Assembly: GCF_018977255.1 (NCBI RefSeq)
Contig: NW_024704742.1
Location: forward strand, 76,138,001-76,202,000
Reading direction: 5' to 3'
Origin: Callorhinchus milii
Lineage: Eukaryota
DNA length: 64,000 nt
Numbering within the stretch: position 1 is the stretch's first letter; each line of letters starts with the position of its first letter. Below, in pieces: positions 62,548-64,000 of the stretch. The notes beneath the pieces are model-generated. The model was not told the DNA's origin and did not search any database. It saw nothing but the letters and a program-made list of their open reading frames with translations. The translations under genes and the position numbers were made by a program.

Positions 62548-64000
62548 CTCAGCTTGGACTCTGAGATATCATGTGGATACTATCTGGGCATTGAAATAAT
62601 GTCCATAGATTGAAAGCCACTCTCCTTCCTTATTCAAGGAAATACTGAATCTAACATTCTTCTTTAAGATGAATGGGCAGTGTGGGAGAAAGGTGCATTG
62701 TAGTTATAAGTAACGTTGTCATCTGAAATAATAATAATAATCCTTGCATTTGATTATGACACCTTATCACGTTGTTGAGACGTCTCAAAGTGCTTCACAG
62801 AATATACTGTAAAGTGAATTGACTGTATATTTTATGGACAAAAAGTGGCAGCCAATTGAGCACAGCAGTGTCCCACAAACAGTCACGGATTGAGTGACTA
62901 CATTTGTTTTTGATAGATTATTAACCCCAGAAAGCAATCGTTGAACAACCGAGTTCCTACTTACTGTTAGATAAACAGAGGCATATGATCTTATATACTT
63001 CAGACTAATGCAATGCAAAGCAAAATGCATGCAGCATTCGTGCACTGATTCTGTCAGATCCAATGTCCGTTTTGGTGAACGATGTAAATTGATAAACTCC
63101 AATATTACTCAAATTACCCCAAAAAACCTGGTTGGGACCGTCCTAACCTGTAGAGAGCAAGCACTCACATCTCTTCCCTTCCTCCCCTCACATTCTACAG
63201 TAATAGTAATGATCCTTGCATTTGATATAGTGCCTTTAACACGTTATTGAGTTGCCTTAAAGCGCTTCACAGGATATACCGTAAAGTGGAGTTACACTGT
63301 GCAAAACTCAGCAGCCAGTTTGCACACAACAATGAACTTACAGACAGCCATGGAGTGAGATTACTGTCAAGTGTAGTGACTCTTTCTGTAGGTTTCCATA
63401 ATGATGAGAAGCCGACTGCCAACATTAATTACACAGCTAGATTTAGGAGATCCATATGAAGCCAGTTTACTCATAAGACCACCTAGCACCAATATCCTTT
63501 TCCCTTGCTCAACATCCGACACAGTCTTTGTAAAGCGCTCAGAGATGTTATCCTATGTAAAGGAGTTATATAAATGCAAGTTGTTGACACAAAATCTGTA
63601 TGCAAATTCTGCCCAAATCATTCATTTAAACAGTACATACAACATTAAAGTCTAGAATTTGCATGCTAACAGGAGTCAGCCAAGCTGTTAGATCCGGTGT
63701 GCAAAAGTAGAACATATTCCACTATCTAGGACTATTATCCACCATAGACAAGAAGAAAATATGAAGCTTTAATATCCTCAAACATTTTTAATTATTTTTG
63801 TAAAGTAATATCCATCCTGCCAGAATATTCCTCCCTCCCCCAGTCTTCTTTCTTGCAATATCGTAGCAATTTGAAGTCTGGGATATGACAATGTTTCTAG
63901 GCAACTGCTGTAATGTCATAAGAAGCGGATGGAAGTCAGGACCGATTAGCTAAGTGACATTGGATTATTTGCACTTTGATATAAGTCAGTTCATTCTGTA

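Overview
Eukaryotic (vertebrate) genomic DNA. The repeat content (DeuSINEs, L2 with (GTT)n tails, CR1, Penelope-like element) points to a cartilaginous fish (shark or chimaera); this is inference. Three genes lie in the order known from human 4q13.3. (1) The 14-nt first coding exon of MOB1B on the minus strand (2596-2609). (2) A complete 10-exon GRSF1 on the plus strand (5153-22786; 1305-nt CDS, 434 aa, mitochondrial-type presequence plus three qRRMs). (3) RUFY3 on the minus strand, tail-to-tail with GRSF1, from coding exon 2 (58032) to two alternative terminal exons: a short neuronal-type end at 36795 and a long FYVE-like end at 28698. All exons were assembled by hand with GT-AG boundaries and consistent phases. 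The MOB1B/GRSF1 divergent region is filled with minisatellites, including a 27-bp array carrying a CTCF-like motif. Introns hold many L2, CR1 and SINE fragments, two MITEs with target-site duplications, a Penelope-like element with a minimal hammerhead ribozyme motif, and a 78-bp palindrome built from the Penelope terminus whose centre sits at the hammerhead site. Most ORF-track entries are spurious. I found no clearly new protein-coding system; the best leads are RNA-structural, regulatory and splicing features.
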